Part shown: positions 16,539 to 29,191 of the stretch, in pieces
Numbering within the stretch: position 1 is the first letter of the stretch
Layout: every line of letters begins with the position of its first letter
Assembly: GCA_002269645.1 (NCBI GenBank)
Contig: NIVC01001570.1
Coordinates: forward strand, 1 to 64,000
From: Macrostomum lignano
Lineage: Eukaryota
DNA length: 64,000 nt
Direction of reading: 5' to 3'
Notes under the pieces: generated by a model
What the model saw: only the letters and a program-made list of their open reading frames with translations
Databases searched by the model: none
Told to the model about the DNA's origin: nothing
Program-made: the position numbers and the translations under genes

Positions 16539-16703
16539 TTTGGTTCTTTGCGCCTCGGTGCCACCCGTCGAGGAAGCCAGCAGATCGTCTCGGCGCTGCC
16601 GCTGTTTCGCCAGCCTGGCGCGCAGCTGCGAAGCCGCTTCGTCGATTTGCAGCGACTTGAAAATGGCAAGGATGGGCAGAGGCTGCTGCACTGCGGCTGG
16701 GTG
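16539..16703 (-). CDS. VARS: Valyl-tRNA synthetase exon (start of C-terminal coiled coil)
   Basis: [42 protein letters not shown]...QRTK; CCCAG acceptor, GTGAGT donor, phase 0/0. Confidence 0.7.
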
Positions 16704-16709
16704 CTGGGA

Positions 16710-16732
16710 GACAGACAGGCAGACAGACAGGC

Positions 16733-16805
<73 letters not shown>

Positions 16806-16808
16806 GGT

Positions 16809-16851
<43 letters not shown>

Positions 16852-16853
16852 CA

Positions 16854-16906
<53 letters not shown>

Positions 16907-16953
16907 GGCAGACAGGCAGACAGTTAGTCAGTCAGACAGACAGACAGACAGAC

Positions 16954-17012
<59 letters not shown>

Positions 17013-17128
17013 GAGACAGACAGACTGGCAGACAGTTAGTCAGTCAGCCAGACAGACAGACAGACAGAGAGACAGACAGACAGACAGACAGACACAAGAC
17101 AGACAGACAGACAGACAGACAGACAGGT

Positions 17129-17195
<67 letters not shown>

Positions 17196-17197
17196 CA

Positions 17198-17234
<37 letters not shown>

Positions 17235-17281
17235 GGCAGACAGGCAGACAGTTAGTCAGTCAGACAGACAGACAGACAGAC

Positions 17282-17322
<41 letters not shown>

Positions 17323-17365
17323 GTTAGTCAGTCAGCCAGACAGACAGACAGACAGACAGACAGGT

Positions 17366-17406
<41 letters not shown>

Positions 17407-17450
17407 GAGACAGACAGTTAGTTAGTCAGTCGGACAGACACAGGCAGACA
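16710..17450 (+). repeat. (AGAC)n microsatellite with internal higher-order duplications
   Basis: Direct inspection. Confidence 0.95.
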
Positions 17451-17694
17451 GAAGTGAAGCATAACAAACAAGAAACCTGATAAGTTCGGCACCGGATATG
17501 CGCCGAAGAAAAAACAATTTTCTCAACGATTTTCAGAAACATAATCCGTGATGCTGCTCAGAATTGAAACGAGTTTAGTAGCAGAAAAATCAGTTGTTGA
17601 GACTCGGTTTTTATCAGCCAGGGGAATTGCATGGATGTTGCTCTAGAGTGAGTCGAATTAGGGAGAGCGGGATCCTGTCGCTCCGCATATCAAA

Positions 17695-17865
17695 TGCTCA
17701 CTCTCCCATTCTCACTCCCTCCCTCCCATTCTCACTCCATCCCTCCCATTCTCACTCCCTCCCTCCCATTCTCACTCCCTCCCTCCCATTCTCACTCCCT
17801 CCCTCCCATTCTCACTCCCTCCCTCCCATTCTCACTCCCTCCCTCCCACTCTCACTCTCTCTCTC
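17695..17865 (+). repeat. 20-bp minisatellite CTCCCATTCTCACTCCCTCC
   Basis: Tandem units visible. Confidence 0.85.
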
Positions 17866-18374
17866 TCCTTATCACTTCCTACTCACTACTGCTGATTATT
17901 ATATATTTATTCTTCAATTTGGCACGGAGATGAACTGCCCCACACTCGGTCAGCATCCGATGTTACTTTGCCAGCTTAAGGGAGAGAGAGAGAGTGGGAA
18001 TGGCCCTAATTTGTACTATTATTCTATACGCACTAAGACCGAGTTTACACCCTTACTCAATCAAGTCACGTGTGCTAGTAGACAAGTGGATAATTTGGAT
18101 CAATGTCGGACACACGGACAGATCGAATGCAGCAACAGGATAAGAGATAAGTAAGGAGCGGACACGGATCGAACTCGAGAGACGGCGGGTAACTCACTTA
18201 GGCAAGAGATGCAGTGAGGGAGCATTAGGAGGATCTGCACAAAAGGAAGCTACTTCCTTTTTTGCTGCAGAGCTCACGTTGATTAGATAGAGACATGTAC
18301 AACTTAGGAAATAGGCTGAATACTTGTGCGATCCATGCCTATCTGAATCTTTATCTAATCTCCTTCAGATATTC

Positions 18375-19295
18375 AGATAGACATGGATAGAGATTCATAT
18401 AGACATGGATAGAGATTCAGATAGGCATGGATAGAGATTCAGATAGACATGGATAGAGATTCAGATAGACATGGATAGAGATTCAGATAGACATGGATAG
18501 AGATTCAGATAGACATGGATAGAGATTCAGATAGACATGGATAGAGATTCAGATAGACATGGATAGAGATTCAGATAGACATGGATAGAGATTCAGATAG
18601 ACATGGATAGAGATTCAAATAGACATGGGTATCGAGATTCATATAGACATGGATAGAGATTCAGATAGGCATGGATAGAGATTCAGATAGACATGGATAG
18701 AGATTCAGATAGACATGGGTATCGAGATTCATATAGACATGGATAGAGATTCAGATAGGCATGGATAGAGATTCAGATAGACATGGATAGAGATTCAGAT
18801 AGACATGGATAGAGATTCAGATAGACATGGATAGAGATTCAGATAGACATGGATAGAGATTTAGATAGACATGGATAGAGATTTAGATAGACATGGATAG
18901 AGATTCAGATAGACATGGATAGAGATTCAGATAGACATGGATAGAGGTTCAGATAGACATGGATAGAGATTCAGATAGACATGGATAGAGATTCAGATAG
19001 ACATGGATAGAGATTCAGATAGACATGGATAGAGATTCAGATAGACATGGATAGAGATTTAGATAGACATGGATAGAGATTCAGATAGACATGGATAGAG
19101 ATTCAGATAGACATGGATAGAGATTCAGATAGACATGGATAGAGATTCAGATAGACATGGATAGAGATTCAGATAGACATGGATAGAGATTTAGATAGAC
19201 ATGGATAGAGATTCAGATAGACATGGATAGAGATTCAGATAGACATGGATAGAGATTCAGATAGACATGGATAGAGATTCAGATAGACATGGATA
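18375..19295 (+). repeat. 22-bp satellite ATAGACATGGATAGAGATTCAG
   Basis: About 40 highly homogeneous tandem units. Confidence 0.95.
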
Positions 19296-19489
19296 CAGAT
19301 ACATGAAGACAGCAATCAAAAGTGACATTCTGAGAGAGTCAGAGAGAAATAGAGTCGAAGAAATTCAGTAAAAGACAATCATGAACAACCCCAAGAGACT
19401 CGAGAGAGTCTTGAAGCTCATGTGCAATGCATCGCATGCAAGCAATTAAGGAAAAATATTTAAAATATTAATATAGAAAACCTAATTAC

Positions 19490-19668
19490 CGCTCTAGGCG
19501 CTGCAAAATATAGACCGGGGCACAGTTCCAGTCGCAGCAGATGGTCTCGCGGCTGGGCACCCTCATCGAATGCAGCAGCCTGGCACCGAGTGCGGCCCAG
19601 TTGGCTGATGAGGCGGCTGTACAGGGTGGCGTCTATGGGGCATTGGGCTGAATTGTACAGCAGAATGC
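19490..19668 (-). CDS. VARS: Valyl-tRNA synthetase exon
   Basis: CCGCAG acceptor (phase 1), ILLYNSAQCPIDATLYSRLISQLGRTRC...PGLYFAAPRA, GTAATT donor (phase 0); links the flanking exons in frame. Confidence 0.72.
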
Positions 19669-19729
19669 CTGCGGGAAGGGGGCGGAGGTGGCACAGCAAC
19701 TGACGATCTGAGATCTGGATTGGTGCCCC

Positions 19730-20440
19730 AGCCACTGAGGATCTAGGAGGCTGGCCCAGCCACTGAGGATCTGGGAGATTTGCCTAGCAACTGAGAATTT
19801 GGGAGAGTTGCCTAGAACTGAGGATTTGGGAGAGTTGCCTAGAATTAAGGATCTGGGAGAGTTGCCTAGCAACTGAGGATTTGGGAGGCTGGCCCAGCAA
19901 CTGAGGATCTGGGAGGCTGGCCCAGCAACTGAGGATCTGGGAGAGTTGCCTAGAACTGAGGATCTGGGAGGCTGGTCCAGCAACTGAGAATCTGGGAAAG
20001 TTGCCTAGAACTGAGGATCTGGGAGGCTGGCCCAGCAACTGAGAATCTGGGAGAGTTGCCTAGAACTGGGAATCTGGGAGGCTGGCCCAGCAACTGAGAA
20101 TCTGGGAGAGTTGCCTAGCAACTGAGGATCTGGGAGGCTGGCCAAGCAACTGACACTCTGGGAGGCTGGCCCAGCAACTGACACTCTGGGAGGCTGGCCC
20201 AGCAACTGACACTCTCGGAGGCTGGCCCAGCAACTGACACTCTGGGAGGCTGGCCCAGCAACTGACACTCTGGGAGGCTGGCCCAGCAACTGACACTCTC
20301 GGAGGCTGGCCCAGCAACTGACACTCTGGGAGGCTGGCCCAGCAACTGAGGATCTGGGAGAGTTGCCTAGCAACTGAGGATCTGGGAGAGTTGCCTAGCA
20401 ACTGATGATCTGGGAGGCTGGCCCAGCAACTGAGGATCTA
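19730..20440 (-). repeat. 28-bp minisatellite, same family as 7195-7600, opposite strand
   Basis: CTGGGAGGCTGGCCCAGCAACTGAGGAT units. Confidence 0.9.
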
Positions 20441-20631
20441 ATATGGCTAACTTAGCAACTAAAGACCAAAGATGATGTTGGCATACACTTATATTAACCT
20501 ACAAAGCCTACAGTCTATAAAAAGCCTCAGCCATAGACATATTGTAGCGACTATCTGTCAGGCAGAGCTGCTAGGCTTATTCAACTCAGCTGGAATAGCC
20601 TAGCCAGTGAGTAATACAAGCACTGATCACC

Positions 20632-21266
20632 ATGGCAACAGCTCCGCCAACTCAGCCATCGCCATCAGCGGCAGCAGCGGCGCCTTCCTTGCCAGACGCC
20701 GGCGGCAGCGCGCAGCGTTTCCCGGAGCTGCTGCTGAAATTGCGCGGCCACCGCAACACGGACATTCGCGACGGCAAATGCCGGATAGTGTACCGATCTG
20801 AGCTCGACCCTCGCTGGACTGAACCGCAAGTTATCGACGAATCCGTTGTGATAGAACGGAATCGACTCGAGTCGCTTAATTTGCAGCGAATTAATCCAGA
20901 CGTCAAAGAACGAACTCATGTTAAGTGCATCTGCACTAGACTGCTCAACCTCAGAGAGGATTGGTACGCCCATCTATATGACGGAACTATAATATGCAAC
21001 GCTTGCGCCAGGTGCTTCCGGTGCAGGACACTATGCTTCACTGCCGCCAAGAAACTAAACAGCATTGACGGATTCGTTCTGTGCAACACCTGCATGCTTA
21101 GTTATGGCAGGTACAAGGAGCCAAAGATTAAAATCCGATTGCAACCGCTGCCAAAGTCACTGGGCGACATGGAAACTGAGGCGGCTAAGCAGCAGAGTAC
21201 GCCAGTTCAGGAGTCCCACATGACAACCGAGAGTATTCAGGCTAACAACGCTAACAGCAGCAACGG
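20632..21266 (+). CDS. Nested gene exon 1: Cys-rich protein with GATA-like zinc-finger motifs
   Basis: ATG in ACCATGG context; ...DGTIICNACARCFRCRTLCFTAAKKLNSIDGFVLCNTCMLSYGRYK; GTGAGA donor at 21267 (phase 2). Confidence 0.65.
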
Positions 21267-21289
21267 GTGAGACAGCCTATTGTTGTCAT

Positions 21290-21910
21290 TAGCAACTGAG
21301 GATCTGGGGATGGTTGCTTAGCAACTAAGGATCTGGGGATAGTTGCTTAGCAACTGAGGATCTGGGGATGGTTGCTTAGCAACTAAGGATCTGGGATGGT
21401 TGCTTAGCAACTGAGGATCTGGGATGGTTGCTTAGCAACTGAGGATCTGGGGATGGTTGCTTAGCAACTAAGGATCTGGGATGGTTGCTTAGCAACTGAG
21501 GATCTGGGGATGGTTGCTTAGCAACTAAGGATCTGGGATGGTTGCTTAGCAACTGAGGATCTGGGGATGGTTGCTTAGCGACTGAGGATCTGGGGATGGT
21601 TGCTTAGCAACTGAGGATCTGGGGATGGTTGCTTAGCAACTAAGGATCTGGGGATGGTTGCTCAGCAACTGAGGATCTGGGGATAGTTGCTTAGCAACAG
21701 AGAATCTGGAGAGATTTGCTTAGCAACAGAGAATCTGGAGAGATTTGCTTAGCAACAGAGAATCTGGATAGATTTGCTTAGCAACAGAGAATCTGGAGAG
21801 ATTTGCTTAGCAACAGAGAATCTGGATAGATTTGCTTAGCAACAGAGAATCTGGAGAGATTTGCTTAGCAACAGAGAATCTGGAGAGATTTGCTTAGCAA
21901 CTGAGGATTT
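21290..21910 (+). repeat. ~29-bp minisatellite AGCAACTGAGGATCTGGGGATGGTTGCTT grading into AGCAACAGAGAATCTGGAGAGATTTGCTT
   Basis: Variant of the 28-bp family; two sequential subtypes. Confidence 0.88.
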
Positions 21911-22059
21911 TCAATTGAGGCGACCTCCAGTATTGGAGTCATGGGAGTCTAGATTAAATGAGTCAAGGGGTCACAGGGAGGTCAAGAGAAGGCAAGCTGG
22001 CTTAGAAACTCAACTTTGGTGCTGCGATTGAGGGTCAAAAATGCCGAAGGAGATCAATG

Positions 22060-22395
22060 GGGGAAAGTCAAATAGGCTCAACAACTTAGAGGAGGTCAAG
22101 GAGCTCAAAAGAGCTTAAAGGTCAAAAGAGGGTCAAAAGGAGGTGAAGGAGGTCAAAAGGGGTCAAAAGGGGTCAAAAGGGGAGTGAAGGAGGTCAAGAA
22201 GGTCAGAAGGGGGTTAAGAAGGTTAAAAGGGAGTCAAGGAGGTCAAAAGGGGTCAAAGAGGGCAAAAGAGGGTCAAAAAGGGGTGAAGGAGGTCAAAAGG
22301 GGGTCAAAAAGGGGTGAAGGAGGTCAAAAGGGAGTTAAAAGGGGGTGAAGGAGATCAAAGGGGGTTAAGGTCAAAAGGGAGTCAGGGAGGTCAAT
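22060..22395 (+). repeat. Degenerate purine-rich GGTCAAAAGGGG repeats
   Basis: Direct inspection. Confidence 0.7.
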
Positions 22396-22424
22396 AGAAG
22401 GGAAATGGACCATTCCATTCAAAG

Positions 22425-22998
22425 GGACACCTTCTCCTTCTCGTTGCCAACACGCAGAACGGGCGCAGCCGAAGGCGGAGGCGGAGTAACCATCGAAGTC
22501 TTAACCGAGCCGCGTTTTCGCAAAGAAGGCCGCCGCCCGTTGCGTCAGATCCTGTACCCGGACCCGAGAAAACCCAATCACAATCGGCCGGATTATCGAT
22601 TCGAGCCGCCGCCCTATCTGGCGGTTGACAGGAACATAGGGCCGCAGGCGTGTCCGTCATGCCAACAGCAGGCTCTGTCCCAGGCGCTGGTGGTCCCTGG
22701 CATAGCCAGAGTCTACCACGAGAGAGCCTTCCAGTGCGCGGCCTGTCAGAAGCCGATGCACTCCGGCTACCAGCTACCGGATGTACAGTTTGAAGGCTGC
22801 AGCTGTCCAACCAAGCCGATGGTGTGGTGCACCAAGGTGGCCTGTCGGCAGGCCAGACTGCTGCACCACACCGAGGCCAACTGCCAGCTGGAGCCGCTGC
22901 ATCCTGGCGGCCGGCCGAAACGGGACGTGCCAGGAATCCTGCCCAGATTTGATCCCAAAGATTTGAAGAAATATCACAAGGAGAGGCACGCTGCCTGA
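22425..22998 (+). CDS. Nested gene exon 2: degenerate LIM-like domain
   Basis: TTCAAAG acceptor (phase 2, matches exon 1, giving 402 aa); CPSC-x17-HERAFQCAACQKPM resembles a LIM first finger with one Cys replaced by Ala. Confidence 0.62.
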
Positions 22999-23154
22999 AC
23001 GCTTGAGATTGCAATTTTTTTATTCATTTTAGCCCGTGCAGATGGAGCGATACAAGAATTCAGTGACGAAATAAACCGTTGAGTTTCTTTGTTTTTTTAG
23101 AGCGAGTGTATAGTGTTGAGTTTATTTTTTACTTAGGTATCAACCTCCCAAAAG

Positions 23155-25035
23155 TGGATTAGCAATCCATTCGAATAAAGATGTAATAGCAGTTAGGCTA
23201 GACTAGCAATCTATTCTAATTATAAATGGTAGATAGACTAGACTAGCAATCCATTCTAATTATAAATGGTAGATAGACTAGACTAGCAATCCATTCTAAT
23301 TATAATAGCAGCTAGGCTAGACTAGCAATCCATTCTAATTATAAATGGTAGATAGACTAGACTAGCAATCCATTCTAATTATAATAGTAGATAGACTAGA
23401 CTAGCAATCCATTCTAATTATAATAGTTAGGCTAAACAAGCAATCCATTCTAATTATAATAGTAGATAGACTAGACTAGCAATCCATTCTAATTATAATA
23501 GTTAGGCTAAACAAGCAATCCATTCTAATTATAATAGTAGATAGACTAGACTAGCAATCCATTCTAATTATAATAGCAGCTAGGCTAGACTAGCAATCCA
23601 TTCTAATTATAAATGGTAGATAGACTAGACTAGCAATCCATTCTAATTATAATAGTAGATAGACTAGACTAGCAATCCATTCTAATTATAATAGTTAGGC
23701 TAAACAAGCAATCCATTCTAATTATAATAGTAGATAGACTAGACTAGCAATCCATTCTAATTATAATAGCAGCTAGGCTAGACTAGCAATCCATTCTAAT
23801 TATAATAGTTAGGCTAAACAAGCAATCCATTCTAATTATAATAGTAGATAGACTAGACTAGCAATCCATTCTAATTATAATAGCAGCTAGGCTAGACTAG
23901 CAATCCATTCTAATGAAGATCTAATAGCAGCTAGGCTAGACTAGCAATCCATTCTTATGAAGATCTAATAGCAGCTAGGCTAGACTAGCAATCCATTCTA
24001 ATGAAGATCTAATAGCAGCTAGGCTAGACTAGCAATCCATTCTAATGAAGATATAATAGCAGCTAGGCTAGACTAGCAATCCATTCTAATGAAGATCTAA
24101 TAGCAGCTAGGCTAGACTAGCAATCCATTCTAATGAAGATATAATAGCAGCTAGGCTAGACTAGCAATCCATTCTAATGAAGATATAATAGCAGCTAGGC
24201 TAGACTAGCAATCCATTCTAATGAAGATATAATAGCAGCTAGGCTAGACTAGCAATCCATTCTAATGAAGATATAATAGCAGCTAGGCTAGACTAGCAAT
24301 CCATTCTAATGAAGATATAATAGCAGCTAGGCTAGACTAGCAATCCATTCTAATGAAGATATAATAGCAGCTAGGCTAGACTAGCAATCCATTCTAATGA
24401 AGATATAATAGCAGCTAGGCTAGACTAGCAATCCATTCTAATGAAGATCTAATAGCAGCTAGGCTAGACTAGCAATCCATTCTAATGAAGATATAATAGC
24501 AGCTAGGCTAGACTAGCAATCCATTCTAATGAAGATCTAATAGCAGCTAGGCTAGACTAGCAATCCATTCTAATGAAGATATAATAGCAGCTAGGCTAGA
24601 CTAGCAATCCATTCTAATGAAGATATAATAGCAGCTAGGCTAGACTAGCAATCCATTCTAATGAAGATATAATAGCAGCTAGGCTAGACTAGCAATCCAT
24701 TCTAATGAAGATCTAATAGCAGCTAGGCTAGACTAGCAATCCATTCTAATGAAGATATAATAGCAGCTAGGCTAGACTAGCAATCCATTCTAATGAAGAT
24801 ATAATAGCAGCTAGGCTAGACTAGCAATCCATTCTAATGAAGATCTAATAGCAGCTAGGCTAGACTAGCAATCCATTCTAATGAAGATATAATAGCAGCT
24901 AGGCTAGACTAGCAATCCATTCTAATGAAGATATAATAGCAGCTAGGCTAGACTAGCAATCCATTCTAATGAAGATATAATAGCAGCTAGGCTAGACTAG
25001 CAATCCATTCTAATGAAGATATAATAGCAGCTAGG
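23155..25035 (+). repeat. ~44-bp satellite TAGCAGCTAGGCTAGACTAGCAATCCATTCTAATGAAGATATAA
   Basis: About 1.9 kb of tandem units ending ~10 bp from a splice donor. Confidence 0.93.
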
Positions 25036-25046
25036 CAGGCACTCAC

Positions 25047-25485
25047 ATTCGCTGGAATCCTTCGGCCGCAGCAGAGTCCGCCAGTCTCTAAATCTTGCCA
25101 GCAGGTCCATCACAAAGCCGGTTACTTCTTCGCAGCCCCGATTTTTCCAGGCCAACAGTCGTTTAGTCGCGGACTCACTGGTTGCCAATAGCAACGCGGG
25201 CTCAGAGACATCGCAGTGCGCAGCCAGCCACAGCAGCTGGCAGATGTGCGGGCAGAACGGCGCTAGACGGGTCAGGAAAGTCAAGCTGGCCACACAGGCA
25301 ACTCGCAGGGAGGCCTGACCAGCTAGCGGCGACTTCAGACACTCGACGGCGACATCGCAGAAGTCGGCGAGCCAAAATTCGCGCAGTCGATTAGCCGCCT
25401 CCTGAAGCTGCAGACTGTTGGCCGAGCAGCTGGAGTCGCACACCTCCACCAGGCCAGCTAGGCGGCTCATAAGCCAGGAGTCTAC
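25047..25485 (-). CDS. VARS: Valyl-tRNA synthetase exon (anticodon-binding domain)
   Basis: VDSWLMSRLAGLVEVC...LREFWLADFCDVAVECLK...LTRLAPFCPHICQLLW matches the ValRS D.WI.SRL / FW...CD.Y.E..K / L.P..P....LW motifs; ACCAG acceptor (phase 0), GTGAGT donor (phase 1). Confidence 0.88.
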
Positions 25486-25589
25486 CTGGTTTGTGTTGTA
25501 AAGTACATTGTGTACTTTCTAATTCTATCCAATGCAAGCCAAGATTAGAAAATTTATTAGTAATCCACTATATATTTATATCGTATTCT

Positions 25590-25747
<158 letters not shown>

Positions 25748-25801
25748 GTATTTTGTACGTGCGGTTCACTCTATTTGTGCACTGTTTTTTATTTTGCATT
25801 T

Positions 25802-28800
25802 TCCTATATACTAAAAATGAGTTGTCTGTATATGGGTATGCGATTGATTTCAGAAAAATTGGCTCAACCGATTTTCTTCAAACTTGCAGCATTCGATCAG
25901 AAATTTTCCTGGGACGGTACATGCATCTTGGCTAAGAAATTGCTCAATGTTAAAGGGATTAAATATTCGAAAAACATGCTTTTTTGCAAAGGTCAAGCCA
26001 AATTTTTGACTTGAATTGCATTGTAAGAATGCTAGAGAAAAAACTGACTGACTGAATTCCGATTGTGATAAAGATTGCATCACAACAAGGTGAAAACAGT
26101 GCCACAGAAACGCACACAAGACTTGATTGAAATTGCGTAACCATATTGCTAACTTAAATTGAGACTGATACTGGCTGACTGAGAAATTGATTATGTCATA
26201 AATTTTTACTCTAACCGACTTGCTATAAGTATTGAATTATAAGGGCCACAGTTCATGTGCTCCAATTGAAAAGAGATAGCCGGATGCAAACAGACTGGAA
26301 TGCTAATGTAGCGACCTTGGTTCGAATCTTAGTAGTGAAAAATGTTTTTTTTATTAAAACACCTTAAAAACACAAAATGCTAAACATTAAAGAGCCACCA
26401 TGTCAAACATAAAACAGCCACCATGTCAAACATTAAAGAGCCACAATGTCAAACATTAAAGAGCCACCATTTCAAACCTAAAAGCGCCACCATGTCGAAC
26501 ATTAAAGAGCCACCATGTCGAACATTAAAGAGCCACCATATCAAACATAAAAGAGTTACCATGTCAAACATTAAAGAGCCACCATGTCAAACATTAAAGA
26601 GCCACCATGTCAAACATAAAACAGCCAACATTTCGAAAATTAAAGAGCCACCATGTCAAACATTAAAGAGCCACCATGTCGAACATTAAAGAGCTACCAT
26701 GTCAAACATAAAACAGACACCATTAAGAACATTAAAGAGCCACCATGTCGAACATTAAAGAGCCACCATGTCAAACATAAAACAGAGCCACAATTTCGAC
26801 AATTAAAGAGCCACCATGTCAAACATTAAAGAGCCACCATGTCGAACATTAAAGAGCCACCATGTCAAACATAAAACAGCCACCATTTCAAAAATTAAAG
26901 AGCCACCATTTCAAACATTAAAGAGCCACCATGTCAAACATTAAAGAGCCATCATGTCGAACATTAAAGAGCCACCATGTCAAACATTAAAGAGCCACCT
27001 TATCAAACATTAAAGAGCCACCATGTAAAACATTAAAGAGCCACCATGTCGAACATAAAAGAGGTACCATGTCAAACATTAAAGACCCACCAGGAAAAAT
27101 ATGAAAGTGCCACCATATCAAATATTAAAAAGCCACCATGTCAAGCATTAAAGAGCCACCAGGTCAAACATGAAAGTGCCACCATGTAAAACATTAAAGA
27201 GCCACCATGTCAAAAATTAAAGAGCCACCAGGTCAAACATATACATGACTCCATGTCAAACATTGAAGAGCCACAATGTCGAACATAAAAGGGCCACCAT
27301 GTCAAATATTAAAGAGTCACCATGTCAAACATTAAAGAGCCAACAGGTCAAACATGAAAGTGCCACCATGTAAAACATTAAAGAGCCACCATGTCGAACA
27401 TTTAAGAACCACCATGTCAAACATAAAATAGCCACCATGTGAAACATATATGTGACTCCATGTAAAACATTAAAGAGCTACCATATCAGACATATACATG
27501 ACTCCATGTCAAACATATACGTGACTCCATGTTAGACATTAAAGAGTCACCATGTCGAACATTAAAGAGCCAACATGTTAAAAATACAAGAGCCACCATG
27601 TCAAACATATACATGACTCCATGTCAAACATTGAAGAGACACCATGTCGAACATAAAAGAGCCACTATGCAAAACATAAAAGAGCCACCATGTCTAACAC
27701 TAAAGAGCCACCATGTCAAAAATAAAAGAGCCACCATGTCAAATATTAAAGAGCCACCATGTCAAACATTAAAGAGCCACCAGGTCAAACATGAAAGTGC
27801 CACCATGTAAAACATTAAAGAGCCACCATGTCAAACATATACGTAACTCCATGTCAAACATTGAAGAGACCCCATGTCAAACATTAAAGAGCCACAATGT
27901 CGAACATAAAAGAGCCACCATGTAAAACATATACGTAACTTCATGTCAAACATTGAAGCGACACCATGTCGAACATAAAAGAGCCACCATGTCGAACATT
28001 AAAGAGCCACCATGTCGAACATAAAAGAGCTACCATGTCAAACATTAAAGAGCCACCATGTCAAACATAGAAGAGCCACCATGTCAGACATTAAAAAGCC
28101 ACCGTATCAAACATAAAAGAGTTACCGTGTAGAACAAAAAACAGCCACCATGTCGAACATAAAAGAGCCACCATGTAGAATATTAAAGAGACACCATTTC
28201 AAACAGTAAAGAGCCACCATGTCAAACATTTAAGAGCCACCATGTCAAACATTAAAAAGCCACTTTGTCGAACATTAAAGAGCCACCGTGTCAAACATAG
28301 AAGAGCCACCATGTCAAACATAAAAGAGCCACCATGTCAGACATAAAAAGCCACCGTATCAAACAAAAAAGAGTTACCATGTAGAACAAAAAACAGCCAC
28401 TATGTCGAACATAAAAGAGCCACTATGTAGAATATTAAAGAGCCACCATGAAAAACATTAAAGAGCCACCATGTCAAACATTTAAGAGCCACCATGTCAG
28501 ACATTAAAAAGCCACCGTATCAAACATAAAAGAGTTACCATGTAGAACATTAAAGAGCCACCATTTCAAACAGTAAAGAGCCACCATGTCAAACAGTAAA
28601 GAGCCACCATGTCAAACATAAAAGAGCCACCATGTCAACATAAAAGAGCCACCATGTCAAAAATTAAAGAGCCACCATGTCAAACATAAAAGATACACAA
28701 TTTCAAACGTAAAAGTAAGTGAATTTTAAAGGAGCCGCTATAATGCTAAGGAAATTGTCGCACTAGCTACTTATTGTCTGGTGGATGCTTGCTATTTGGG

Positions 28801-29191
28801 GATGCTATCTATGTGGGGGGATGCTTGCTCTCTGGAAGATGCTTGCTATCTGGGGGAAGCTTGCTATCTTGGGGATGCTTGCTATCTGGGGGATCCTTGC
28901 TATCTGGGGGTGCTTGCTATCTGGGGATGCTATCCTTCTGGGGGATGCGTGCTATCTGGGGGGATGCTTGCTATCTTTGGGATGCTTGCTATCTGGGGGA
29001 TGCTTGCTATCCGGGGGATGCTTGCAATCTGGGGGATGCTTGCTATCTGGGGGATGCTTGCTGTCTTGGGATGATTTCTTTTTGCATTGCACTTCATTTA
29101 AGTATTTTGTCTGTTTTCTTTTTCTTTTTGTTACTTGTAGAGAGCGGAGATTCTATACAGATGTCCCCCAACGGGGGGCGAAGATTGCTAG
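25802..29191 (+). mobile_element. Non-autonomous Helitron-like element H1 carrying 23-bp and 18-bp satellites
   Basis: 5' TCCTATATACTAAAAATG, 3' hairpin CCCCCAACGGGGGG then CTAG. The ~500-bp head is shared with copies at 29192, 45657 and 48562. Arrays: AAAGAGCCACCATGTCAAACATT (~26380-28700) and GGGGGATGCTTGCTATCT (~28775-29070). Confidence 0.8.

Noticed and set aside
16344-25485. Initial reading of the four minus-strand exons as a separate ALDH-like or HEAT-like gene
   Set aside because: The first exon matches the ValRS anticodon-binding domain and the last two fit its coiled-coil arm.
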